From positions 1 to 64,000 of the IMG/VR virus record IMGVR_UViG_3300020190_000007: a DNA stretch of 64,000 bases; one strand, 5' to 3'. How positions within the stretch are numbered: the stretch's first letter is position 1; each line of letters opens with the position of its first letter. Positions 36,601-44,774 of this stretch are shown here, in pieces. Below the pieces are notes generated by a model. The model searched no databases, was not told where the DNA came from, and saw only the letters and a list, made by a program, of their open reading frames with translations. This DNA is from a virus. A program made the position numbers and the translations under genes.

Positions 36601-39498
36601 AACAGAACTAGTGGGTGTAACGGAAGGTGTAACAGATGGTGTTACACTTGGTGTAATGGAACTAGTAGGAGTTACAGAGGGTGTTTCAGATGGTGTAACA
36701 GAAGGTGTAACAGATGGTGTAACACTTGATGTTGGTGTTACTGATGGTGTAACGCTTGGTGTAACGGACGGTGTAACTGATGATGTTGGTGTTACACTTG
36801 GTGTAACGGAAGGTGTAACGCTTGGTGTAATAGAACTCGTAGGAGTTACAGATGGGGTTATTGATGGTGTAACAGATGGGGTTACAGACGATGTGGGTGT
36901 GATAGAAGGGGTAACGCTCGCGGTCACCGATGGTGTAACTGAACTAGTGGGGGTTACTGATGGTGTAACACTCGGAGTTACTGAGGGTGTGACAGATGGG
37001 GTAACACTTGATGTAGGTGTTAGTGATGGTGTAATAGAAGGTGTAACACTTGGTGTAACAGATGGTGTGGTAGATGGGGTGACAGAACTTGTCGGTGTAA
37101 CACTTGGTGTAAGACTTGGGGTTACTGAAGGAGTAATCGATGATGTTGGTGTTACTGATGGAGTTACGGATGGTGTAACAGATGGTGTAACAGAACTTGT
37201 TGGGGTGATACTAGAAGTTACTGATGGTGTTACCGAGCTGGTTACTGACGGTGTTACAGATGGTGTCACGCTCGGTGTTACGGAAGGTGTCACAGAACTA
37301 GTTGGTGTAACACTTGGTGTAACAGAAGGTGTTACTGATGGCGTAACAGAGGATGTAGGGGTTACAGATGGTGTAACACTCGGAGTTACTGAAGGAGTAA
37401 TCGATGATGTTGGTGTAACACTCGGTGTAACACTTGGTGTTTCAGATGGTGTAACACTCGGTGTAACTGAACTTGTAGGTGTTACTGATGGTGTAACAGA
37501 TGGTGTAATAGACGGTGTTACCGAACTAGTGGGGGTTACTGATGGAGTTACGGATGGCGTAACAGATGGTGTAACTGATGATGTTGGTGTTATACTTGGT
37601 GTGACCGACGGTGTAACTGATGGAGTTACAGAACTAGTAGGTGTTATTGATGGTGTTATAGACGGTGTTATTGAACTAGTAGGTGTTACTGATGGTGTAA
37701 CAGACGGTGTAACAGACGGTGTTACGGAACTAGTAGGTGTAACAGATGGTGTAACGCTTGGTGTGACCGATGGTGTGACAGAACTAGTGGGAGTTACAGA
37801 AGGTGTAACTGACGGAGTGACCGATGGTGTAACAGAACTAGTAGGGGTCACCGATGGTGTTTCAGATGGTGTGACTGAACTAGTTGGTGTCACACTAGGA
37901 GTTACTGAAGGTGTTATACTTGGTGTCACAGAAGACGTTGGTGTAACGGAAGGTGTGATGCTTGGTGTAACAGACGGTGTTACTGAACTAGTAGGTGTAA
38001 CAGATGGTGTAACACTTGGTGTAACACTCGGAGTTACTGAAGGAGTAATCGATGATGTTGGTGTAACACTCGGTGTAACACTTGGTGTTTCAGATGGTGT
38101 AACACTCGGTGTAACTGAACTTGTAGGTGTTACTGATGGTGTAACAGATGGTGTGACTGAACTGGTTGGAGTTACTGATGGTGTAACAGACGGTGTAACA
38201 GACGGTGTAACAGAACTAGTTGGAGTCACAGAAGGTGTTACGCTAGGTGTTTCAGATGGGGTTACAGAACTAGTTGGTGTAACGGAAGGTGTAACACTTG
38301 GTGTAATAGATGGTGTAATAGAACTAGTGGGAGTCACAGAAGGTGTTACGCTAGGTGTTTCAGATGGTGTAACGGAACTAGTGGGAGTTACTGATGGTGT
38401 AACAGAAGGTGTTACCGATGGTGTTACGGAACTAGTGGGAGTTACAGATGGTGTTTCAGATGGTGTAACAGAAGGTGTAACGCTCGGAGTTATTGACGAT
38501 GTTGGAGTAATTGAGGGTGTAACACTTGGAGTTATTGAAGGAGTTACCGACGATGTTGGTGTTACAGATGGGGTAACACTTGGTGTTTCAGATGGTGTAA
38601 CACTTGGTGTAACTGAACTAGTCGGGGTTACAGAAGGTGTTTCAGATGGGGTAATAGATGGTGTAGCACTTGGTGTAACAGAACTAGTTGGTGTAACAGA
38701 TGGTGTTACACTCGGTGTAACCGAAGGTGTAACAGAAGATGTAGGAGTTACAGAAGGTGTAACACTTGGTGTAACCGATGGTGTAACTGAACTAGTAGGT
38801 GTTACTGATGGTGTTTCAGATGGTGTAACACTTGGTGTAACTGAACTAGTTGGAGTTACAGAAGGTGTTTCAGACGGGGTAATAGACGGTGTAACACTTG
38901 GTGTAACAGAACTAGTAGGTGTTACTGATGGTGTAACAGAGGGTGTTACACTTGGTGTAATGGAACTAGTAGGTGTTACAGATGGTGTAACAGAGGGTGT
39001 TACTGATGGTGTAACACTTGGTGTAACCGATGATGTTGGTGTTACTGATGGAGTTACTGATGGTGTAACACTTGGTGTTATTGAACTAGTAGGAGTTACA
39101 GAAGGTGTAAGTGATGGGGTGATGGAAGACGTGGGGGTTACTGATGGTGTTTTAGATGGTGTGATACTCGGAGTTACGGATGGTGTAACACTTGGTGTAA
39201 CTGAACTAGTGGGTGTAACACTTGGTGTTCTACTTGGTGTAACAGAAGGTGTTACTGATGGTGTTTGTGTTAATGTTGGTGTAGGTGTGGGTGAAGGAGT
39301 GGGACAAGGAATTTCAGCCACACAGGTTTTATCCAGTGATGGAAAATAAATTGAGTAAGTACCTAAATAATAGTTTGTTTCGTAATAATATGGCATTAGG
39401 ACGGAACCTAAATTTATGGTACCGCCAGTACAAGGATAAAATGTAATGTCACCGATTTCCTCATTAAAATTACCCGCGTTTATTTTTATTAATGCCAT
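30676..39498 (-). CDS. Giant mucin-like Thr/Pro/Ser/Val repeat protein with Cys-rich C-terminal modules (putative long fibre)
   Basis: 65-aa N-domain, ~2500 aa of [10 protein letters not shown], Cys-rich tips; non-repeat ends are protein-like only on this strand. Confidence 0.85.
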   Translation of the reverse strand: MALIKINAGNFNEEIGDITFYPCTGGTINLGSVLMPYYYETNYYLGTYSIYFPSLDKTCVAEIPCPTPSPTPTPTLTQTPSVTPSVTPSRTPSVTPTSSVTPSVTPSVTPSITPSKTPSVTPTSSITPSLTPSVTPTSSITPSVTPSVTPSVTPTSSVTPSVTPSVTPSVTPSVTPTSSITPSVTPSVTPSVTPTSSVTPSVTPSITPSETPSVTPTSSVTPSVTPSETPSVTPTSSVTPSVTPSVTPSVTPTSSVTPSVTPSVTPSVTPTSSVTPSATPSITPSETPSVTPTSSVTPSVTPSETPSVTPSVTPTSSVTPSITPSVTPSITPTSSITPSVTPSVTPSETPSVTPTSSVTPSVTPSVTPSVTPTSSVTPSETPSVTPSVTPTSSITPSITPSVTPSVTPTSSVTPSETPSVTPSVTPTSSVTPSVTPSVTPSVTPTSSVTPSVTPSVTPTSSVTPSVTPSETPSVTPSVTPTSSITPSVTPSVTPSVTPSVTPTSSVTPSVTPSITPSVTPTSSVTPSITPSVTPSVTPTSSVTPSETPSVTPTSSVTPSVTPSVTPSVTPTSSVTPSVTPSVTPSVTPTSSVTPSVTPSVTPSVTPTSSITPSITPSITPTSSVTPSVTPSVTPSITPTSSVTPSVTPSVTPSVTPTSSVTPSITPSVTPSVTPTSSVTPSVTPSETPSVTPSVTPTSSITPSVTPSVTPSVTPTSSVTPSVTPSVTPSVTPTSSVTPSVTPSVTPSVTPSVTSSVTPSVTSSITPTSSVTPSVTPSVTPSVTPTSSITPSVTPSLTPSVTPTSSVTPSTTPSVTPSVTPSITPSLTPTSSVTPSVTPSVTPSVTPSVTPTSSVTPSVTASVTPSITPTSSVTPSVTPSITPSVTPTSSITPSVTPSVTPSVTPTSSVTPSVTPSVTPSVTPTSSVTPSVTPSVTPSETPSVTPTSSITPSVTPSVTPSVTPTSSVTPSVTPSITPSITPTSSVTPSVTPSVTPSVTPTSSVTPSVTPSVTPSVTPTSSVTPSVTASVTPSVTPTSSVTPSVTPSVTPTSSVTPSVTPSVTPSVTPSVTPTSSVTPSVTPSVTPSVTPSVTPSVTPTSSVTPSVTPSVTPSVTPSVTPTSSVTPSVTPSVTPSVTPSITPTSSVTPSVTPSITPSVTPTSSVTPSITPSVTPSVTSSVTPSVTSSVTPSVTPSVTPTSSVTPSVTPSITPSVTPTSSVTPSVTPSITPSVTPTSSVTPSVTPSVTPSVTPSVTPSVTSSVTPSVTPSTTPSVTPTSSVTPSVTPSVTPSVTPSVTPSVTPSVTSSITPSVTPSVTPTSSVTPSVTPSVTPSVTPTSSVTPSITPSVTPSVTPSVTPSVTSSVTPSVTPSVTPTSSVTPSVTPSVTPSVTPTSSVTPSVTPSITPSITPTSSVTPSVTPSVTPSVTPTSSVTPSITPSRTPSVTASVTPSITPSVTPSVTPSVTPTSSVTPSVTPSITPSVTPTSSVTPSVTPSVTPSVTPSVTPSVTPSVTPSVTPSVTPTSSVTPSVTPSITPSVTATSSVTPSVTPSVTPSVTPSVTPSVTPSVTPSRTPSVTPTSSVTPSITPSITPSVTPSVTPSKTPSVTPSVTPSVTPTSSVTPSVTPSVTPSITPTSSVTPSVTPSVTPTSSVTPSVTPSVTPSVTPTSSVTPSITPSRTPSVTPSVTPSVTPSVTPSVTPTSSVTPSVTPSVTPSITPTSSVTPSVTPSVTPSVTPSITPSVTPSVTPSITPTSSVTPSITPSVTPSVTPTSSVTPSITPSITPTSSVTPSITPSRTPSVTPSVTASVTPSVTPSVTPSVTPTSSVTPSVTPSVTPTSSVTPSVTPSVTPSVTPTSSVTPSITPSKTPSVTPSVTPSVTPSVTPSITPSVTPTSSVTPSVTPSVTSSVTPSITSSVTPSITPSRTPSVTPTSSVTPSVTPSVTPSVTPTSSVTPSITPSVTPSITPSVTPSRTPSVTPSVTPSVTPSSSVTPSVTPSVTPSVTPTSSITPSVTPSVTPSVTPTSSVTPSITPSRTPSVTPTSSVTPSVTPSVTPSVTPSSSVTPSVTPSVTPSITPTSSVTPSITPSRTPSVTPTSSVTPSVTPSVTPSVTATSSVTPSITPSRTPSVTPTSSVTPSVTPSVTPSVTPSVTPSVTPSVTPSRTPSVTPTSSVTPSVTPSITPSVTPSVTPSVTPSVTPSVTPSVTPTSSVTPSVTPSRTPSVTPTSSVTPSVTPSVTPSVTPTSSVTPSRTPSVTPSVTPSVTPTSSVTPSVTPSVTPSVTPTSSVTPSRTPSVTPSITPTSSVTPSVTPSVTPSVTPTSSVTPSVTPSVTPSVTPSITPTSSVTPSITPSRTPSVTPSLTPTSSVTPSVTPSRTPSVTPTSSVTPSVTPSVTPSVTPTSSVTPSVTPSRTPSVTPTSSVTPSVTPSRTPSVTPSVTPTSSVTPSVTPSVTPSRTPSVTPTSSVTPSVTPSVTPSVTPTSSVTPSVTPSRTPSVTPTSSVTPSVTPSRTPSVTPTSSVTPSVTPSRTPSVTPTSSVTPSVTPSRTPSVTPTSSVTPSVTPSRTPSVTPTSSVTPSVTPSVTPSLTPTSSVTPSPSPQYFGAYFSSCCPGDTTIYNARLPLGAPFGSVWYIPTAQVCATFVDYGPDAGPILTLKYDSCALCQSETHIVCPSVTPTPTKTPSVTPSRTPSVTPTSSVTPSVTPSRTPSVTPTSSVTPSRTPSVTPSRTPSVTPSASLKVDPSVTPTSSVTPSRTPSVTPSRTPSVTPSVTPTRSVTPTPTRTPTPTPTPSPPCSCEKYFINELYAENFVEYTNCCNSQTEQLNDPTYWDVNGGQLEICSCNTPTVGGPHFGVVVQLGACGECYCFDIQISDDDILQSGSVILYYQCCDGTFITETFTNATTDTRCMLNVVGNTLFVPGGFAQFSSLTQRAQTCANCTACSTSCA
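31725..39300. repeat. Degenerate 12/18-bp coding minisatellite (TPSV / TPTSSV)
   Basis: Synonymously diversified units; internal ~136-bp duplication 37371-37506 vs 38019-38154. Confidence 0.95.
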
Positions 39499-39538
39499 TT
39501 AAATCTAAAGTCTTATCTATATCTATTTTTACTATAAA

Positions 39539-39567
39539 AATATATTTATTTATTTGGGTATTGTCAA
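39539..39567 (-). promoter_or_regulatory. sigma70-like promoter upstream of the giant fibre gene
   Basis: TTGACA-N17-TATATT. Confidence 0.65.
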
Positions 39568-39588
39568 CGTCTATTTTTACAGTTTTTA

Positions 39589-42500
39589 TCATGGACAATC
39601 AAAAATGGAACTACTTAATTCCTCATTAGTTGGTTCTGTAGGACAATGGTTGGCATCGATATAATATTGACCGAGGTTGAATCCAATATTTGGATGTTTA
39701 TCATATTTGTGTTTCATCAGAATTTTGTCACTGTTGTTTCCGTTAAAAACAACAACAAATTCATCATCTATTGGTGTATTGTCTAATTCAAAGTTTAGAT
39801 TGAAGTATAATCCTGTATCGCAATAATTTAAATCGACATCAATTACTTCTATGGTTTCACCATATTTGTTTATTAAATAATCTCCGTGATTGTATAATTC
39901 TTTCGGATGGTCGCAACAAGGTTCAATAAAATCTATTGGTTTTTTCTGTAATTCCTCAGGAAATCTGTCGTCAAAAAAGTAAACACTATTTGTTGGTGTC
40001 CCAAAATTTTCAATAATTCTATTTGTATAAACTCTTAGTTGTGTTGTTGGTAAAACTTCAAAAACTTCATAGGTGTTATTTTGGGTCAATCCCGTGATAA
40101 TACTTTTCTTTATTGATGCTAAACATTCAATATCCGTGATTTCAAGTTTTTGATAGTTGTACGTAAATGAATATCCTGATACAGGACCATTAACAATTTG
40201 TTGGTGACTATATTCTGTACATTGTTTATATGAAGCGGATAAAACATATTCCCCAACATTTAAATCACAAACACTTTTACCACTTATCGTACCACCACTA
40301 ATATAACTTTCAATATTACTATCGGTTGTTTGGTCATCAATGGTTAACCCACTATTAACCACCAAAACAATAGAGTCACATTTTAGCCCATAGTTAAAGT
40401 TTGATTTGTATTGTACTTTTGGTTGTATAGTATAACCCGTGTAATTGTCACAGTATGTTGCACCTGAAACAACTGAAATTGGTGAAGCGATTGTTCCTTG
40501 GTAACCAACAATACTGAATAACTCTACGTGACTCTTTCCTGATGGTGTTGGACATGGGTCATGTTCAATTTTGGGTTGTAGACCTTCTATTTTGAATTTT
40601 ACTTCTTTATTCGCAGCATCTACAATATTGAAATCTATTACATCATTTTCTGAAACACCAGTTAATTTGTATACACAATCACTAACTTTTTGAATGTGAA
40701 CATCCGCATTTTCATTTGTTCCACTCACACAGTTAGCATAAATGTTAAATGGCCATGTTGAACCTTGTTGAATTCCTGTTTTATACCCAATTACCTCAAA
40801 AAATACATCACTTACTAAAGTGCACCCACTATTTGAGTCACAGTAAACGGTATTATCAGTATAAACTTTAACACTGATTCCATGTGTATTTTTTGTAATT
40901 TTATAATCAGCATCAAATCGATAATCAAAATAGTCAACCACCGAACATTCGTTTGGTCCTAATTTTACGGATGAAAACTTAACTTTTTCGACACCATTTT
41001 CATCAGTGTATGTTGTGTATTTTATTAATGGTATTGTTTCTGAAAAATATGTTTGACCAGTGGTTCCCGTGAAAGCGGAATAGGGTTCATATCCCGCGCT
41101 ATTTCTTGTAATAGTTACGTCATCAATCAATACAGATAATGCCGATAACCATAATTCTTTAATTTTAGTAACATCAGGTTCAAGATAATCTTTATAATCA
41201 CATATTAAGGAAAGATTTACAGTATCACCACTTGTTACACCACTCGTACATCCTGTAAATGGTTGTGCGTCAAATAATTTTGCACTATTTGAAGTGTTAC
41301 TTGTTCCACTAACAATTACATACATGGAAGATGTTAGTCCTGTGTAATTAGCACCACCATAAACTGTTCCGTCAATTTCAATTACCGGATAATAAGTAAC
41401 ACCGGTAAGGTTTATTAAACCTCTGAAATTATTTTCTTCGCCTAAAATGTTTTCTAAATCTTCTTCGATTACGTTTTCAAAATCAGGGTATAATTCCTCG
41501 ATAAATTCTAATGGTTGGCAATCATATCTATATTGATATTTTGGTCTACCAAAAACGTTATTTTCAATTAAATTACCACCAGTCCATTGAGTGGTTGATG
41601 GTACTAATTGTTCTACTAATTGTGGCCAATATGGAGATAATTTATTTACAAATTCAGTGACATTTATTTGGTTATATGGTGTGAAACCTGTGGTTTGTGA
41701 AATATAATCTCTATAAACATCCTCTAACTGTATATAATTTTTATTGTAACGAATTTTGTTTGAATTAGTTACAAGACTATGAATAAATGTGTCTAAAAAT
41801 TCAGCAAAAGTTTTACCTGTTTGAGGTAATAAAGTATTTGTACCAAAACTTATTAATAATTCTCTACTTTGTCTAAATATATCATAATCTATACCTCGTG
41901 ATGGTGAGATATAAATTCCAATATTTTTTCTATTTAAAATTAATAAATAATCATCTTCAATTGGTTTTCCGTCTTTATTATCAACAGCAGACACCAATTC
42001 ATAACCTGTATCTAAACCCGGTAATGTTCTATATAAATCAAAATATTCTTCTCCGTATGTATAGTTTTTATTCTTTGTTTTAATTGTTTTAGTGTTACCC
42101 GTCAATATTGAGTTACTACTATCTAAAACAAGTGGAGAACGATGTGATAATGTAATATCGTACCATCCTGAACCTTTACCAAAGAAAATGTTTTCAGTTT
42201 CATTATATGCTCTTCTTGGTAGTCCAGTTTTTTCGTCTACGGGGTAACCCTCTCTATCAAATGTTGTTGATGCTGAGTAGTAAACTTTAGAGTATGTGTA
42301 ACCTGTGCTGTCAAAAGTTGCATAGGAATATCTTTTACTACCTTGAATCGCGTCGTATATATCTTGTTGTAAATTAAAACTAGACGGTATCGATGTGACT
42401 TTATAAATATACTCATCGATTCTAATTAAAGGTTCTGGTGCTCCTAAAAATTTCAAAAAGAAATCAATAGAAGATTTTGTTCCTTTTGATTTATAAATGT

Positions 42501-43833
42501 GTGCGAGATTTATTAATAATCTTCGATAAAACTCATATTCAGATTCAATTAAATTAGTGCCGGTTGACACACCGTCATAGTTTGATTGTAACCTTGAATA
42601 TAAAACATCATTTAAGCTATTCTCATCAAATAAATTTAATGTAGATAAACCTAAATTTTCTGATAAATTCTTTAAAAGTACATCGGGTAGATTATTAATA
42701 CCATCATAACTTACATTTCTCATTTGAGCTATGTTGTCTATATACTTCTTTACACTATCAAAACTTTGTCCGTATAGTTCAAATATACTTTCAGCCCTTT
42801 TATCTTCAGTATCAAATTCAAATAATTGTGGCGCAGCTAAAAATCTGACCATCAAATTAGATTTGTATCCATCTATTTCATCAGCAATGTCTTTTAATTT
42901 ACTAACGTATAAATCGAAATAAAACCCTGTTATTTCTATATTGTAACCATCTTCAGATATTGGCCAAGTTATTACCACATCAACCAAAGATGTTTTTGAA
43001 TTATCTTCAACATCTTTAGGTACTTTAAATGAAGAGGTATAAATTGGATTTGTGTCTCTATTTAAAAGTGATTCTTCTAAATCATCTAATCCTTCAAAAA
43101 ATTCTTCAACTAAACCATCATTTGGTCTTATTAATAAGTTTTCTGAATATGTTGTACCAGTAAATGGTTGTCCATATACTTTTAAGTAAATTCTGTTGTT
43201 TATATTTGGTTCAATATAATCTAAAATTGGATATGATGTGTTATTGGTAATAACAACATATTTTGTATATGACGAATAAAAATTTCTTAATTCGTTTTCA
43301 GTTTCTGGTTTAACCACAGAATTAGGTTCTATAAAAACTAAATTAAACGGATTAAATATTTTGCTTCTTTCAATGTAAAAAGTAGTGGTGTTGGTGCTAT
43401 CATTATATGTTATTCCACTAGCACTAAAATTAGAAACACCAATAGGGGTGTCTGATAAAATCGAAATTGCACCCGGAAACTTATTAATAATTCGAGTTAG
43501 TGAAACTAAAATTCTATCTGTTAATGAACCAAATAAAGATTTATCGGCATATTTTTTGTTACCCTTAAATCTTACTTCGTCAGTTCTTTTTTTTGAAGGT
43601 TTTACAGATGTTGTTTGAATACCTTCAACTTCCTTTAACGTATCTAATGTTAAAAATTGAGAGAATGGATTACTTGTAAAATTTTTAGAATCTTTATCAG
43701 GAATAGACTTATCAAGCGCAAATACGGTGTTAGTTAGTGCAGATGAACCATCGGTTATCTGTCTACCAACTAAGAAATCATTAAATGTTTCAGCTCCGCT
43801 TGACGCTTGACTAGGTACTTTTCTCCTTGCCAT
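39589..43833 (-). CDS. Large baseplate wedge protein (P2 gpI/gp7-like central motif)
   Basis: LPDVLLKNLSENLG...YRRLLINLAHIYKSKGTKSSI. Confidence 0.65.
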   Translation of the reverse strand: MARRKVPSQASSGAETFNDFLVGRQITDGSSALTNTVFALDKSIPDKDSKNFTSNPFSQFLTLDTLKEVEGIQTTSVKPSKKRTDEVRFKGNKKYADKSLFGSLTDRILVSLTRIINKFPGAISILSDTPIGVSNFSASGITYNDSTNTTTFYIERSKIFNPFNLVFIEPNSVVKPETENELRNFYSSYTKYVVITNNTSYPILDYIEPNINNRIYLKVYGQPFTGTTYSENLLIRPNDGLVEEFFEGLDDLEESLLNRDTNPIYTSSFKVPKDVEDNSKTSLVDVVITWPISEDGYNIEITGFYFDLYVSKLKDIADEIDGYKSNLMVRFLAAPQLFEFDTEDKRAESIFELYGQSFDSVKKYIDNIAQMRNVSYDGINNLPDVLLKNLSENLGLSTLNLFDENSLNDVLYSRLQSNYDGVSTGTNLIESEYEFYRRLLINLAHIYKSKGTKSSIDFFLKFLGAPEPLIRIDEYIYKVTSIPSSFNLQQDIYDAIQGSKRYSYATFDSTGYTYSKVYYSASTTFDREGYPVDEKTGLPRRAYNETENIFFGKGSGWYDITLSHRSPLVLDSSNSILTGNTKTIKTKNKNYTYGEEYFDLYRTLPGLDTGYELVSAVDNKDGKPIEDDYLLILNRKNIGIYISPSRGIDYDIFRQSRELLISFGTNTLLPQTGKTFAEFLDTFIHSLVTNSNKIRYNKNYIQLEDVYRDYISQTTGFTPYNQINVTEFVNKLSPYWPQLVEQLVPSTTQWTGGNLIENNVFGRPKYQYRYDCQPLEFIEELYPDFENVIEEDLENILGEENNFRGLINLTGVTYYPVIEIDGTVYGGANYTGLTSSMYVIVSGTSNTSNSAKLFDAQPFTGCTSGVTSGDTVNLSLICDYKDYLEPDVTKIKELWLSALSVLIDDVTITRNSAGYEPYSAFTGTTGQTYFSETIPLIKYTTYTDENGVEKVKFSSVKLGPNECSVVDYFDYRFDADYKITKNTHGISVKVYTDNTVYCDSNSGCTLVSDVFFEVIGYKTGIQQGSTWPFNIYANCVSGTNENADVHIQKVSDCVYKLTGVSENDVIDFNIVDAANKEVKFKIEGLQPKIEHDPCPTPSGKSHVELFSIVGYQGTIASPISVVSGATYCDNYTGYTIQPKVQYKSNFNYGLKCDSIVLVVNSGLTIDDQTTDSNIESYISGGTISGKSVCDLNVGEYVLSASYKQCTEYSHQQIVNGPVSGYSFTYNYQKLEITDIECLASIKKSIITGLTQNNTYEVFEVLPTTQLRVYTNRIIENFGTPTNSVYFFDDRFPEELQKKPIDFIEPCCDHPKELYNHGDYLINKYGETIEVIDVDLNYCDTGLYFNLNFELDNTPIDDEFVVVFNGNNSDKILMKHKYDKHPNIGFNLGQYYIDANHCPTEPTNEELSSSIFDCP

Positions 43834-44750
43834 TATTCTGTGATAGTATCAAAGTTTAAGGTTTCGTCTATATCACCCCTCTCCTCACGAATTTCATATA
43901 ATGTCTCATTAAATTCGTCTTTAACCTCGTAAAGATTGTATTGTCTATAGATGTTATTATTATTATCATAAATGGTATAGATACCTTGTGAAACCGCTTT
44001 GCTTTGATTACCATAAAGGGCGTGTGCTATGGTTGAAGCGTCGTGTTCAACCATTTCTACTTCAATTGTGGTAGGATTTAAAAATGTATTTGTTAATATA
44101 ATTTTTTGTGATGGTAAACCAATAAATGGAACCGTGTTTGGTTTATTTGTTGGTGCTGAAGATGGTGTTACTGTTAAAAACATTAAATTAGTTGCTTGTT
44201 CACTATACTGATATCTAATAGCTTTTTGTGATGTACTTGTTAAATTTGAAACAATAGGTGAGCAATAGAACGAAGATGTTACAATTCTATAAAAATTTGG
44301 AATTTTTTTATTGTCAGATGAATTAATATACTCAATTCTATACCCAACAAGTCCTTGTGGTGTAAATTTATTTCTATCATCAGCGGGAACATTGGATAAG
44401 TCAATAATCAATCCTCTAACTGAAGGTAGAGATGCTAAAATTCCACAATCGGTAATCGATGTTCTTATTTGTTTTGGTCTTATATGAAGTGTATACACGC
44501 CTAAATCCGCAAAATCATCCGCGGTTAATTTTAAATTGTATAATCCACCTAAGATTTCAACATTAGGTGCTGAAGTATCATCCGTAGTATTCGAATTGTG
44601 ATAAACAGGGGTTAATACTTCCGCTGAACTTAATTTCTTAAGAGTAACAGTCGAAGTGCTATTTCTATCCGCAACATAATGAAAATAAATTTCAACGTCT
44701 TCGGGTGACACATCTGATGGTCTAATTATACCGTAACTACCTACTGCCAT
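43833..44750 (-). CDS. Virion structural protein
   Basis: 305 aa in baseplate cluster; late motif upstream. Confidence 0.65.
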   Translation of the reverse strand: MAVGSYGIIRPSDVSPEDVEIYFHYVADRNSTSTVTLKKLSSAEVLTPVYHNSNTTDDTSAPNVEILGGLYNLKLTADDFADLGVYTLHIRPKQIRTSITDCGILASLPSVRGLIIDLSNVPADDRNKFTPQGLVGYRIEYINSSDNKKIPNFYRIVTSSFYCSPIVSNLTSTSQKAIRYQYSEQATNLMFLTVTPSSAPTNKPNTVPFIGLPSQKIILTNTFLNPTTIEVEMVEHDASTIAHALYGNQSKAVSQGIYTIYDNNNNIYRQYNLYEVKDEFNETLYEIREERGDIDETLNFDTITE

Positions 44751-44761
44751 GTTTTTTTATA

Positions 44762-44768
44762 ATAAATA
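44762..44768 (-). promoter_or_regulatory. TATTTAT putative late motif
   Basis: 11 nt upstream of ATG 44750. Confidence 0.55.
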
Positions 44769-44774
44769 TGAAAA

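Noticed and set aside
31670-39349. 2559-aa + strand ORF (VTDG/VTLG repeats)
   Set aside because: Antisense shadow. A stop in this frame needs a sense codon starting TA or CA (Tyr/His/Gln), which the T/P/S/V stalk essentially lacks, so the frame is open automatically. The same applies to 26570-26779, 29223-29525, 29781-30014 and 12897-13151.
26554-39498. Diversity-generating retroelement acting on fibre tips
   Set aside because: No reverse transcriptase and no template/variable repeat pair differing at adenines seen in this window
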